Assembly: GCA_051362555.1 (NCBI GenBank)
Contig: CM120640.1
Coordinates: forward strand, 29,965,967 to 30,029,966
DNA length: 64,000 nucleotides
Origin: Lingula anatina
Taxonomy: Eukaryota; Animalia; Brachiopoda
Direction: 5' to 3'
Shown here: piece after piece, positions 24,008 through 36,510 of the stretch
Position numbering within the stretch: position 1 is the first letter of the stretch
Layout: the number at the start of each line of letters is the position of its first letter
Position numbers and translations under genes: made by a program
Notes under the pieces: model-generated
Database searches by the model: none
What the model saw: the letters and a program-made list of their open reading frames with translations, nothing else
What the model was told of the DNA's origin: nothing

Positions 24008-27000
24008 TTGATTATATAAAAATGGTGGTAAACTTGTTATCGTGTATTGTGTAATAAAGTTTCAAAAATGGAAATAAACTCATATCATTGTAGTTTGTCA
24101 GATTCAATCATTCACTATGTTCAGAATCTCAGAATGGAGGAAATTGGACATTTAACACTGCTGTATTGATATTTTTCCCATCTCGTCAATTTTCTTAGTT
24201 GATCGTATAAAAATGGCAGTAACCTGTTAATTTTGTTTTATGTTAAAAAATTGTTAAAAATGGGAAAAAAAAACATTTCAGAACAGTGCTGTCTTGTTTA
24301 CATTTTGCTATTTTCAAGTTGTGACTTTGAAGTTCCATGGGCCTGAAGACCTTTGCTAGTCACATTTTCTGAATATCCATGATACTAATATTTTATTATT
24401 AAAAATTGATGGTCATTATGCTGTTTAACATTATGTAATATTGCATCAAAATTTGAAAAAAAACCTATTTTGGGCACTGCTCCAATGATGACCATTTAAG
24501 AAAAACCATGTCACTTACTGTTCTCAAACTTATAGGAAAGAAACATGGGACTAAAATACAGCTTCAGTAGGCAATGCAATCTGTTTGGTAATTCTTACTG
24601 CCAGTTAAACAGTTTTTTTGTGAAAATTTAATTTTTCACTTATTGTTTTATGTTAAAAAATTGTTAAAATGGGGAAAAAAAAACATTTCAGAACAGTGCT
24701 GTCTTGTTTACATTTTGCCATTTTCAAGGTGTGACTTGGAAGTTCCACGGGCTTGAAGACCCATGCTAGTCACATTTTCTGAAAATCCATGATACGTATA
24801 TTTTATTATTAAAAATTGACGGTCATTATGCTGTTAACCATTATGTAATTTGGCATCAGAATATTGAAGAAAACACAATTTTGGGTGCTGCTGCCATGAT
24901 GACCATTATGGGAAAACCATGTTACTTATGATTGCCAAACTTTCAAAATAGAAATACAGGACTAAAATGTAGCCTGAGTTGGAAAAGCAGTCTAATTGGC
25001 TTATTTTTCTGGAAGTTATACATTTTCAATGTGTGAACTTTTTACACATTTTACTTACGTTGGTATTACCTGTTGAGCATAATTAAAATTTGATGTTGAA
25101 TTTGCAGTTTGATATAATGTACTTTTGCATCAGAATTGACAGTAGCCTATTTTGTGCATAGTTATTTCCTGTTTTTTGTCTGTACATTTGACAGCTTTGC
25201 TGCCTTGTTTCACTTTTTTTCAGCATATATACAACACTGATAACACGATAAGTGGAAAACCGTTTTACCTTTTGGCTTGAAACTTACAGAACTGACGAAT
25301 ATTCATTATATGCAGGTCAAGTTCGAAAATCAGCATGATCGGGCCATTTTCATGGAAGTAATGCTGTTTTTTTTTACTTTTTTCAGCATTTTTATAACAC
25401 CAATAACACGATAAGTGAAAAAACGTTTTACCTTTTGGCTTGAAACTTACGAAACTGATGAATATTCATAATACACAGGTCAGGTTTGAAAATCAGCCTG
25501 ATCGGGCTATTTTTATAAAAGTTATGCTATTTTTTCATTTTTTTTTTCAGCATATATGCAGCACCGATAACACGATAAGTGAAAAACCATTTTACCTTTT
25601 GGCTTGAAACTTACAAAACTGATGATTATTCATAATACGTAGGTCAAGTTTGAAAATCAGCGTGATCGGACCAATTTTATGGAAGTTATGCTGTTTTTTT
25701 ACTTTTTTCAGCATATATGCAATATCGATAACACATTTCAAGGAAAATCAATTGGCCAATTGTCATGAAATTCACAGGGCTGATCAGTCTTACTGAAATA
25801 CAGATGAAGTTAGAAAATAAGCTCGATTGGTTAGTTTTAGTAAAGTAATGCCTTTTTTTGTATATAAGTGTTTTTTTCCTCAGATTTAATTCTTAGTCAT
25901 GCTAACAATCTCATTTGTGAACTAATTAAATATGTAAAGGTGTTCTTTTGACATTTTCTGCATCTAAACAATATTGTTAGTTGATTATATAAAAATGATG
26001 GTAAACCTGTTATTGTGTGTTGTGTAGTAAAGTGTCTAAAAATGGAAATAAACTCATATCTTTACAGTTTGTAAGATTCAATCATTCACCATGTTCAGAA
26101 TCTCAGAATGGAGCAAACTGGACATTTAAAGATGTTCTATTGATATTTTTCCTATGTCAACAATTTTCTTAGTTGTTCATTTAAAAATGACAGTAAATTG
26201 ATTATTTTGATTTATGTAAAGAAATGTGTTGAAAGTGGAAAGAAAATCATTTCAGTACAGTTATCTCTTGTTTACATTTTGGCATTTTGAGGGTGTGACT
26301 CTGAACTCCCATGGCCTTGAAGACCTTTCCATGTCACATTTTCTGAATATCCATGATACTTTTATTCTATTATTAAAAATTGATGGTCATTATGTTATAT
26401 TGCATAAAAGTTGAAGAAAACCCTATTTTGGACATTGCTGCTGGAATGTCCATTAAGGAAAAACCATGTTACTTATGATATTCAAACTTACTGAAAAGTT
26501 TCATAAGACTGAAGTGCAGTTTATGTTGGAAAATCATTGTGATTGTTTTCTGTTTTGGAAGCAATGCAGCTCTATAGAGTGCTGTATGGGGCTACTGTTT
26601 ATGGGTGGTGGTAATTGTCCCTTGGGGTAGTCACAAGCTAAATTCAGAGCTATAAAATCACTTGCCTAATTAATTTCCAAGTGCCCATTGAATAAGTTTA
26701 CATAAAACACACGTTGAGATTTCCCAATAAAGTCCCATAGGTTAAGCTCTCTTAACTGTGCCACATAATTAGGAATTAGTGATAATTATGCAGGTAAATA
26801 TTGTTTAATATTGCAAATAAGTTTACAAAAGAAAAAATTTGTGTAACGCCAACATTAATGCTATAGATGAATAACAGTGCCTTATTATCCTCATACACAT
26901 TGGGGTTATTCATATCATGTTAATACAGCAAGATTAAAAGTTTAAATAGCAGCTTTATTGGAATATTTTTGTTGTGTTTTCTTTTCATTTTTTTTTTCAA

Positions 27001-27705
27001 ACACTGGCATTTTCAGCTCCCATATGCATCCACCTGAAGCTCTTCACATTTTCTGTATTTCCACATAAGCAGTTGCATTGATTTTTATGTCTTTAAACAT
27101 TATGTAATATTATTTTATGCACTGTCATCATTTTTCAAATATTGGGATTTTCATTATGTGAATTTGAACTCTCATGGTCCTGAAACTGTAATCTTATTGC
27201 AGGGGAGGATTGAGGCCGTCTTCTGGGTCTTTCAGATGACAGTCAGATTTTAAAGTTCACATTGATGGGTATCTGTTTTTTCTGTTGGAAGACCATCAAA
27301 AATGGAGGAGGGATCAACAAAGTTAATTTGGAATACTGTCAGAAAATACCTCTGGATCTGCTCCTGTTATTGACCATGTTACCTGTTGTGCATGATTAAA
27401 ATTCAGTGTTGATTGACAGTGCTTTTATAGGCATTATTTATTATTGCATCAAAATTGACAAAATGACCCATTTTCTGCATTTTTATTTTCTGTTTTTGTC
27501 CGTACATTTGACAGCTTTGCTGCCTTGTTCATAATTTTAGTGTGTGGAGAGATTTGGTCTCTGTTCATGGTGATTAAGGGAAAAATAAAGTAAGGGATTG
27601 TGTGCTGGAGTAATGTTTGCTGGTACCTTCAACACTATTAAACATTTTATGCAGGTTATAATGTCCAAATTCATATTTAAAGTAATGTTTATAAAACATT
27701 TTTAG

Positions 27706-29442
27706 GTAAAGATGGAGCAATCATGTCAGCAATGAAGTCCGTGTACTGGCTAGTTCAAGAGGGCATAGCAATTCGAAAGTTTGGAAGCCTAATAGAGTTG
27801 CTACGGCACCTGGATTGCCCCAACCTTTCATACTTAGACCAAGGAGGCAATGCAAAGTATAATTCTGATACAGCAGGGTGGGATATGGTTGCTGCTATTG
27901 CTGCCACAGTTGAGGAAGACTTGCTTCAGAAAATGAAGTCTTCACCATTTCTAACAATACTAGCAGACGAGAGCACTGATATAACAGTAACAAAAAAGTT
28001 GGTTATATGTGTCAGACTTTTAGATGATAACTTTGTTCCTTCTACCCACTTTGTAGCCGACATAAATGTCACAGATGGCAAGGGTGCCACAGTTGCAGCA
28101 GTTATCAAATATTAAATCAAAGGAGATCCCCCTTAGTAAGATATATGGTTTTGGTTCTGATGGTGCAGCGAGCATGACCAGCATGGGAAATGGAGTTGCA
28201 GGCAGATTGCTTGCTGAAAATCCTGCGATGGTTCACATACACTGTATTGCCCACAGATTGGCTTTATGTACTAGCCAGGCAGCAAATGCTATAGACTATA
28301 TGAAGGACTATCAATCAACTATTACCAGTATATTTTATTACTTTAAAGCATCATCTGTCAGGGTAAACAGAATCACAGCTATTCAGGAGCTGCTGGATGA
28401 ACCTATTTTAAAGTACAATGAAGTCCATGAGGTTCGATGGTTGTCCTACTACAAAGCAATAGAAACAATCTACAGGACTTATGGGTCATTAGTGTCCTAT
28501 ATGTCTGAAATGGGGGCAAGTGATGCCAAGGCAAAAGGTTTTGCAAAGAAACTTTCACAATTCAGTTGTTTTTGTCACCCATATGCTTTTGTCCATCCTC
28601 AGCATTGTCACAGAGCTATGATTACTCTTCCAAAAGAAAGATCTTGACCCAGCCTTGGTGGATGTTAATGTGAAGCATGCATTGAGAGAACTGCAAAAGC
28701 ACAGGGACCATGCCACAAGTAGTGAAGGGTTGTCTGGTAAACCTGGCAGCTACATCGAGGAATTTCTCCTGAAGGTGGGAACAGGTCAACGTAATTTCTT
28801 CAGGGACCACCTTCTGACTTGTTGTGCTAATTATGAAAAACAATGCAAGGCAATTCAGTGTCAATTTATTGACAATCTCATTTAACAACATAAATGCCAG
28901 ATTTCCCCAGGATCACTTGGATATGGTAACAGCATTTGGGTATTTGAGCATGAGACCACTAAGCTTTTTGTCTGAGTCAGAAAGAGAAAATTGGGGTGAA
29001 GTCCCTATACAGAAACTTGCTAGCCATTATGGTAACATTATTGAACATCATGGGTCCAAATCAGTGCCAATAATAATTGAAAAACAAGGTATGAGTGAAT
29101 GGTCTAAACTCAAAGAATTGGTTTTCAGAATGGGGTATGCGAGAGATGCCACCTGCAAACTGTGGAGCATTATCAAAACTCACCATAGTGAAGACTTTCC
29201 CAATTTGTTGAAGCTGGCTGCAATCTCCCTCATCCTTCCGATACACACGTCAGATTGTGAGAGAACATTAAGTTCTCAAAACTACATCAAAAAACCACAG
29301 AACAAACAGACTGTCTGAAACAAGACTTCAGCAGTGCTTGGTCATTATGATAGAAGGAAAGGCAATTGGGGACTTTGACTTTAAGAGTGCCTTAGATATT
29401 TGGAAAAAGGAAAAGAAATGTAGAATTTATAACAAGCAGTGA
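27706..29442 (+). pseudogene. hAT transposase exon 2 (DDE core plus dimerisation region), several frameshifts
   Basis: Acceptor TTTTTAG| joins exon 1 in frame (ALE-G-KDGAIMSAMK). Motifs ILADESTD, FGSDGAASM, HCIAHRLAL, VRWLS and HTSDCERTLS. The protein is split across ORFs 27723, 28066, 28655 and 28824. Confidence 0.93.
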
Positions 29443-30032
29443 GCTGTACACTTTGTAGGTATCAAAAAAGGGACAGATTCTCTTAGTGATTTTTATGTTT
29501 GTGATATCATTCAATCTGGTAGCTTTTTATGTGCCATCTCACCTTATATAATTAATTAAATTTCATGGATTTTTTCATAAATTGAAGCCAAAAATGGCTT
29601 TAAAATCTTGTTTTAGTAAGAATTTGATTATTGGTGAAAGAATCATCAACATATTTCAGTGTAATCTTATATTTGTAAACAAAATTTCGAGCGTGTAGTC
29701 TCTTATTTTAGAAAGTTGGGATAACCTATTGAATGTGAACCTGCAAGCCAAAATATTATTTTTATGATATAAAGTATTTTTCATCTCTGAATATTAAAAC
29801 CACAGCAGTAAAACACGTGTTACATATTATTATTTAAAGATTTGAAAAAGGGCCCACTTCAAAATGTAATGACCCACTTCTTTTTATGATGGGGGCCCTT
29901 TGTCCCATATTGAAACATTCCTAGAATGAACACTGTGCCCTGGTAGAGGATAGTTTACATCAAGGTTCAAAGCAAAATGCAGCAAATGCCAACATTTGCA
30001 TAGATGTTCTTATAAAACCATCTAGTTCTGTA

Positions 30033-30350
30033 AAAGATCTGGTAGTTACCCTCAATGGAAATGGCACTGTGTGGGGAAGCATGTATCTGAAGTGTGTAAA
30101 TCAGCATCTTATGCACTTGGAAAAGTAAGAAAAGTGTTTTATAACAGAACCACTGAAAAATTAGTAAATCTATTTAAAAAAATCATCAAGATAAGATTAC
30201 TGCAAGTCTCCTCTTTGGTACATGTGACTATCAGACAAGTTATTCAAAACTCGGCTGCAAAACTGGTTTGTCAAATAAAGTGCAATAGTGCACATCATAT
30301 AACTCCCATTCTGAAAGGATTACAATGGCTACCATTGAAGCCATCCAGCT
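30033..30350 (+). mobile_element. CR1/L2-clade LINE ORF2 C-terminal fragment, decayed
   Basis: KHVSEVCKSASYALG...TTEKLV...QVIQNSAAKLV...HITPILKGLQWLPL, a typical post-RT signature. Confidence 0.8.
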
Positions 30351-30485
30351 AGCAGTCTCGGTTGTCCCGCTATGTTCTGGAAGTTTCAGTTGTCCTGCCA
30401 TGATGCTGGCAGTCACACTTGTCTTGCCATGTTTTGGCAGTCTCGGTTAACCTGCCATGCTGCTTGCAGTCTTGGTTATCCTGTG
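30351..30485. repeat. Short diverged array of the same 28/29-bp unit as 10.2-14.75 kb
   Basis: GCAGTCTCGGTTGTCCCGCTATGTTCTGG...TTGTCCTGCCATGATGCTGGCAGTC, about 4-5 units. Confidence 0.85.
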
Positions 30486-30775
30486 ATGCTCAAATTAGAA
30501 AACCAGTTCTATAGGATTATCTTTTTTTCATTAAATTTTTAATATTTTTGAAATATTTTCATTTTTCTTATTCTGGCATTTTCAAAGTGTGTACTTGAAC
30601 TCTCAATAGTCTGAACCTTTTGGTTTTTTTACATTTTATTAAAATCAGTTTTATCTGTTGTGCATTTTTCAGGGAGTGGTTACAAGGCAGCAAGAGAACT
30701 GGTATAGACCTGTCATTCAGGATTAATTAGTGATTTATGTCATCCAGTGATTCATGTCTAGATGTCTTACCAGTA

Positions 30776-30864
30776 CACCTGTGGCAGAGTACCCCAGAAT
30801 GGACCTTTTTCTGACAAAAAGGGCAGTTCTTTCGAACCCCCGAACCCCCCTGGCTACAGGCCTG
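30776..30864. mobile_element. MITE right-end remnant
   Basis: TTCGAACCCCCGAACCCCCCTGGCTACAGGCCTG. A similar end lies at about 35,600-35,680. Confidence 0.45.
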
Positions 30865-32807
30865 CTACCTGACAGCAACAGCCAGCAAACAAAGCCACGT
30901 GTTATCCTTTCCACCTTACTTAACTGCAGGCAATCCGTCAATAGAGAGTGCAGTGAAAAAATTACAAATGGTTTAAAATTAACATTTAATATGTAGTATG
31001 CATTTTCAACTGAGAACAAAATTATTAAAGGCATTTCTTCATCTGAATCATAAATGGTACCAGACAGTACCAGAAGCGATATACTGTTAATACTATACTG
31101 TTAATATTCCTGTTTATATTCCTCCAATGAAATGCAGATTATGTATTTGTAAAAAACACATCAACTTATTAGCTCTTGGTAGTTTTCACGCAGCCTGGTT
31201 TTGGTTGAAATAAGAATTTTCCTCATGTACTCTTAAATATGAATCTGCACTTAAGTGTGAAACTGAGTGATCCTGATGACCACAGTGTACAGCTCTTCGT
31301 ATCTTTTGTGATCTTATGTGGGCAGTTTGCCTCTATGACATATACTTGTATATATATGAACAATGAACAGTTCACTTAATAATGTGATGCTCATATAGAC
31401 CAATATATATCTTGATCATAAAGTTTGTTTATTGTTTACATTGCATAATTTAGTCTTTTACAAAGCCTTTTTCTGTTTTTTTTTTTTTTTTAACTTGCAG
31501 TAATGAATAAACTTAGAATAGTTATCATTGTCAGGAAGATAATATTGATGGTTGTTTTCTTTGTCATTTCCTGGGTAAAGTATGAAATGGCAATTTGCAT
31601 TATTTAACACACATTGGTACTGTAGTGAAGATGTAGATGGCATCCTATTCAAATTGATTATTTTTTATACCACTTGGGTACAGTCTTCTGTTGAGCATTT
31701 TTGTAATTCGAGTGTTTAGAAACACTTCTGTGGATTTTTAGTTTATTTCTCTTGAACAATCTCCAAACAGTGAAGGGAAACATGGAAGGAAGCAAGTATT
31801 TTTTTTTTGTTTGAAATGAAATGCAGTTTTAGTATAGCCCAGGAGCCACTGGCTCATATGACAGTTATTTAGGAAAATATTAGATTTGGCCTCGTTTTCA
31901 AAAAGGGAGCGAATAGCTCTAAGAAAAAATGGTGGGAGAAGAAGGCATTGAGACAGGTAAGATGTACATATGTTTATACAATGACCAGTTGATTTATATG
32001 CTAATAAATTCAAAAAGATGATACAGCATATGCTTCAGTTACATTTTATACCCCAAAGGAATGTTCGTGTATCGATTTCACTGAGTATTTTCTGAAGTTA
32101 CATTCGTCTTCCAAAATGGCAGCATACAAAGCGGCATTGTAACTGTGTTTTCGAATTGTGCCAAATGTAGATGGACTTTTTCCTTTGTCTGTTCAGGTTT
32201 TTCCATAGTTTGACATTCATTTTTGAACATAAAAAATTTTTGAGCATTGACCAAACCTGTAACTTGGTGGTTTTCGATATTTCCAACGAGGTTTATATAC
32301 TGACAGCCGATGAAAACGCATCAGAAAACTTTCTTGTACTTTTGTACTCTTGTACTTTTACCTAGAATTGATTCCAACCATATAAACGAGTACAGATGCA
32401 CTTATTTGGTCAAAAGAGAGTGGGCTGACCACTCGGATGTTTAAAATTTCCACTTTATTGATTTTGTGGTCAGCTGTTACAAAATTGTGTTTTTCCTTGG
32501 TGTGAATTAATCAGGTTCAATATATGGTGATTAATTAAGCCTATTTAAGGTAGTCACCAAATCCAGTATGACACATGACAAAAAAAGTAATGTGATGCCA
32601 CGTCTGACACTGGAAGAGCGACTGGGGAGAGATTTGATCACGTGACCTTGCATTTTAATGATCTTTTCTGATCTTTATTTCACCTTGTGTGACTGAATAA
32701 TGGGTCATATTTCACACGAAATATTCCAAAGGAACTTAAAATACTATTCGAAAGATAAATGATGCGTTTTCATTGACTATCAGTATATTTAGCGTATACG
32801 TAATCAA

Positions 32808-32808
<1 letters not shown>

Positions 32809-32862
<54 letters not shown>
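32809..32862. repeat. Poly-T tract (about 50 nt)
   Basis: Directly visible. Confidence 0.95.
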
Positions 32863-32863
<1 letters not shown>

Positions 32864-33414
32864 AGTGCTAGAGTATCTGCTGGATGTGTCAACAAAACTG
32901 GTTCTTTAGTTAGGAGAACAGATCCTAATGCTTTTGAGAATACGGCATCGTACATTACATGTATGCATTGTTTTTTTGCCATAACTTTATTTTTGTCTTG
33001 CAAGTTGACTGCTATATATGCTCTCTTTCTCTCTCATCACACGCAAACTCACACACACACACACACACACACACACCTGCATACACATGACTTATTAGTT
33101 TGTGAAAGAAAATTGTTTCATGAAATAAAAACCTTATATTTTTTAAACTATTCCTTTGTTTTAAGTTAGAAATATTGTGTATTTTGTGAAACAAAATGTA
33201 CCAGTACAATAATTAGTGTGGTAGTTGTGAACACTGTAGTTTGTAGACATGTACCCCAGTATGTATTTTCTACCAGCTTTATTACCAAGATTGTTATTTA
33301 TTATTTATATCGAGTTTAGTGTGCGTGTTGTTGTGTGTGTGGAAAGACATTTGCAGTTAGAAAAGTGTTTTTATGTTACTTTTTAAAACTTTTTAATTTG
33401 ATATTTTTCTAGGC

Positions 33415-33535
33415 TTGAAGAACATGAATGGGACCAGGATTAATCATTTTGCCATTCCTTGGCAGAATGCACCTATCATTTCCAAATGCCGTGTAGCATT
33501 GAGCACCGTCACAACCTCTGACATTCTTTTAAGAG
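33415..33535 (-). repeat. Dispersed repeat, copy 2 (inverted homolog of 1,728-1,857)
   Basis: GGACCAGGATTAATC.TTTTGCCAT...CCAAATGC.GTGT.GCA...TCACAACCTCTG. Confidence 0.75.
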
Positions 33536-36326
33536 ATAACTAGTATAACTAGATAACTCAGTATAACTAGTTTGTCATATTATTTTACCGGTAGGTTTGA
33601 ACCATGCACCAAAAGTAGGGTATATTAAGTTTAATGTGCAAGCTTTTGCATACATGACGTGGCTTGTAAACAAAAATTATTCTTAAAAAAACAAAAGTTA
33701 ATTCAAATGCAAATATGGATTGGTGTCGGTGAGAAAAGAACTGCTGACCTTGGGTAAATTTATAAAATATTATTTGTTAAAATTGGTCCCGTTTGTAAAA
33801 GTGGGTGGTGTGTTTGTTGGCTAACTGTAGCCTATATGTACTGATCTAGATGTGTAAAATAAATCACTAGATGTGTAAAATAAATGAATGTTGCGAAAAT
33901 AAAAAATAACACTTTTTGCCACAAATCTGCATGTATATTTGCAAAGCTTTAATCCCTGTTGGCTGTCACAATATTGATACTTTGTTGACTTGTGTTATAA
34001 AAGTTGCTCATAATTATGTAAAAAATTTATAAATTGAGTCAATTGATAAAAAGTACTCATTTGTTTTTTATTTGTCTTTTCATAAAAAGAAACTCATCAA
34101 TCCACCTCGTGTAATAGATAAATGCTTATTTACAGAGAAAAAAATGAGATAATTATACTTTCGTTTTTCCCATTCTTCCTGTGCAAGTTTTGTTTCTCAA
34201 TATATGTGCGAAGAATAATCCAAAACGAAGCTAGATTAGAATGTACTAAGTCAAAACGAGGCACATGGATATTGCAAGCACTTTTTTCTGCATACTCTGC
34301 TGTGAATTGATTTGTGCCAATGCTGGATGAAGGTGAAGTTCCTTACTTGTTTACATTGACATGAAGCTGAATAAATTTGCCACAACTTGCTGTAATTTAA
34401 AATTCCGACCTGTTCTCTAAGAATGCAAGCACTGGAGATAAAGTTAAATTTCCGTACATAACGAAACTCTTATACATGTACCCTTAATAGCCGAGATAGT
34501 CCACCTTTTCTGACATCCTATAAATCAAAAAAAAAAAATTCCCATTTCAAAAATCTATAACTTCCGGGTTTTTTTAAACCACCTAGCGGCAGACCGGTGG
34601 GTTCTGGGCTGGTAATGTTTTTTATATAAATTTTTAATGGCATACTTTTCTTACCTTCAGAACATTTCAAGTATAAATGCTTCTGACACTACAATAGGCC
34701 TATTAATTCAATAATACTTATTTTTGAAGTGTATTTTTTCATTGCCAACAAATTACATTAGGCCCTACATGTTTTTAAACAGCTGCACTGGCTTTAAGTT
34801 AGAGTACGGGTCTTACTTTAAATTTTAGCTATTGTTTATACAATATTTTACCAGTCACCCAGTCCTTACTGTACTAAGTCCAGAAGTATATTCTAAATGG
34901 TAACTTAAGATCATTTAATAAATAACTTATTACACCATGTAAATAACCGAATTTGTCTTGAAATAATAGCAAAAAATTCATTTTTTCTGTGAATATTGTT
35001 CTAACTACCGGTTTTATTATCAGTTCATGGTTTGTCATTCTTAATTTGCAGAGTATAATTTATCTTGATCTCCCAGTGTTAGTGAGTGTGTCGTTCAAAT
35101 TCACAATATATTTAAAGAATATTAAAAATAAATATTTCGTTGTAGTTTTCCTTATATCTGATCAACAGTGTATTGTATATAAAATGCAAAAAAGGGTACA
35201 CAGTAAAAAACGCGTTCTGGGAAGGGCAGAGAAATATGGGGAAAAGAGGAACTTAATAAAGTTGAAGTGTTTTCCGTTTATACAGTCCATAAAAGTGTCT
35301 TATTTTTCTACCAGTAGGCGTTTATATGTGTACCACAGACGGTACAAATAACCGCCAATCTGCGCTTAGTTACTGTAGACCTACTCCCGCTCCACCAAGC
35401 ATTTTCCTCAGCTAGCCTATGGCCCAGAAGATATAATTATAAAGAGTGCCTTTTTTTTAAAAAACCATGTCGGTCAAAAAACATTTTATTTGTGATGAGA
35501 CAAAAAAAAAAAAAAAAAAAACTGAAGCAACTCTGCTTGTACCTATGGAAATTGTATCGAATTCCGGGCTGTTGTGCAAATGGACCAAATTTATCCAGAG
35601 TGGACATTTTCACAGCAAACAGAGTTGTTTCGAACAGTTCGACCCACCCACCCCACCCACCCAACTTGGCTACGAACCCGATTATGGGTACTGATACCTA
35701 AAATCGTTGAGATTCGGATTTTGTCTTCGGAAAGTGGAACATAAGTGACACCGTTTCAAAATAATCGTTATCTTATTCATTTATCTTTTCATCACCACCA
35801 CTGGAGGATCCAATTAAGGTGCAAATAACCTGACATGTTAGCCTTTCTTCCTTTCTTTTCCTCTGGATTTCCCTGTAGTCAGTCCACAAGAAGAACACCA
35901 CAAGCGTCACAAATAACCTGGCAGCTAGTGTACATGTACATGTAGGCCATGATCAGCCATCGCCCCCGTGGATATCCAAGCGCATTTTGGTTTTTGTCGC
36001 GAGTACCAAAGATGAAATAAACGGTGTAATAACATAGGGATATTTGTTCTCAACTACAACATTTTCCTATGCGTCAGGAGAGCGCTGGAGAACAAATTGC
36101 TGCACATAGCTGCCACAAGGGGGGACTCTAGTCAAACGTTGCATTTTCTTAAATTAAAAGAAACAAAGAATATTTTAAAGATTTGGCATTATCTGATTGC
36201 ATTTAGACCCCCTACAAAGAAAATTCAGCAGGCAATGCCGAACTTTCTCCATTCTTCGTTCACACAACTGTACTCGCCTAGTGTAGAAATGGCACATTAA
36301 AGATGAACAACTATGTAGCCTACCTC

Positions 36327-36510
36327 ACGTGGAGAAGGCCGTGGGGAGGGACAGGGACGCGGAGAAGGCTGTGGGGAGGGGCAGGGACGTGGAGATGGCC
36401 CGGGGGGGGGGGGGGGGGGCAGGGACGTGGAGAAGGCTATGGGGAGGGACAGGGACCCGGAGAAGGCCACGGGGAGGGGCAGGGACCTGGAGAAGGCCAC
36501 GGGGAGGGGC
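36327..36510. repeat. 30-bp G-rich minisatellite, about 6 copies
   Basis: Unit ACGTGGAGAAGGCCGTGGGGAGGGACAGGG at 36,327, 36,357 and onward. Confidence 0.9.

Larger units (their letters stand above)
18781..25209 (+). mobile_element. HINE element B2 (18,781-18,889 + 21,539-21,918 + 24,008-25,209); right arm of the composite
   Basis: Head TTTTATGTACAGACAC at 18,781. The sequence resumes after A2 with TTTTGGCTTTATATTTACAGAGCTG, colinear with B1 at 17,070. The 3' hairpin and CTTGTT end is at about 25,209. Confidence 0.8.
16502..27529 (+). mobile_element. HINE/Helentron-associated element A1 (outer: 16,502-16,868 + 25,210-27,529) in the hAT intron
   Basis: 5' T-run plus ATGTACAGACAC-AGAT-GTGTCTGTACAT inverted repeat, (GTCGCC)n, ~160-bp central tandem repeats, 3' subterminal TGTCCGTACAT, GACAGCTTTGCTGCC hairpin and CTTGT end. 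Inserted in T context without a TSD. Confidence 0.85.
15419..29935 (+). mobile_element. hAT-superfamily DNA transposon (about 3.5 kb net of nested inserts)
   Basis: Perfect 17-bp TIRs CAGTGTTCATTCTAGGA (15,419) and TCCTAGAATGAACACTG (ends 29,935) enclose both transposase exons. The TSD is degenerate (GTTGCTCT left, TGCCCT right). Confidence 0.93.
14993..29952. mobile_element. MITE (MULE-like, 9-bp TSD), about 440 bp net, split by the hAT insertion
   Basis: Ends TACCCTCGCCCAGGGC and GCCCTGGTAGAGGATA. GTTTACATC is duplicated at 14,984-14,992 and 29,953-29,961 and is single-copy at 9,933-9,941. A related short copy lies at 39,643-39,780. The superfamily is inferred from TSD length only. Confidence 0.85.

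Noticed and set aside
32770-33003. Poly-lysine ORF
   Set aside because: Translation of a poly-T/A tract.
34580-34592. CTCF-like site CCACCTAGCGGC
   Set aside because: A single imperfect motif that cannot be supported from sequence alone.
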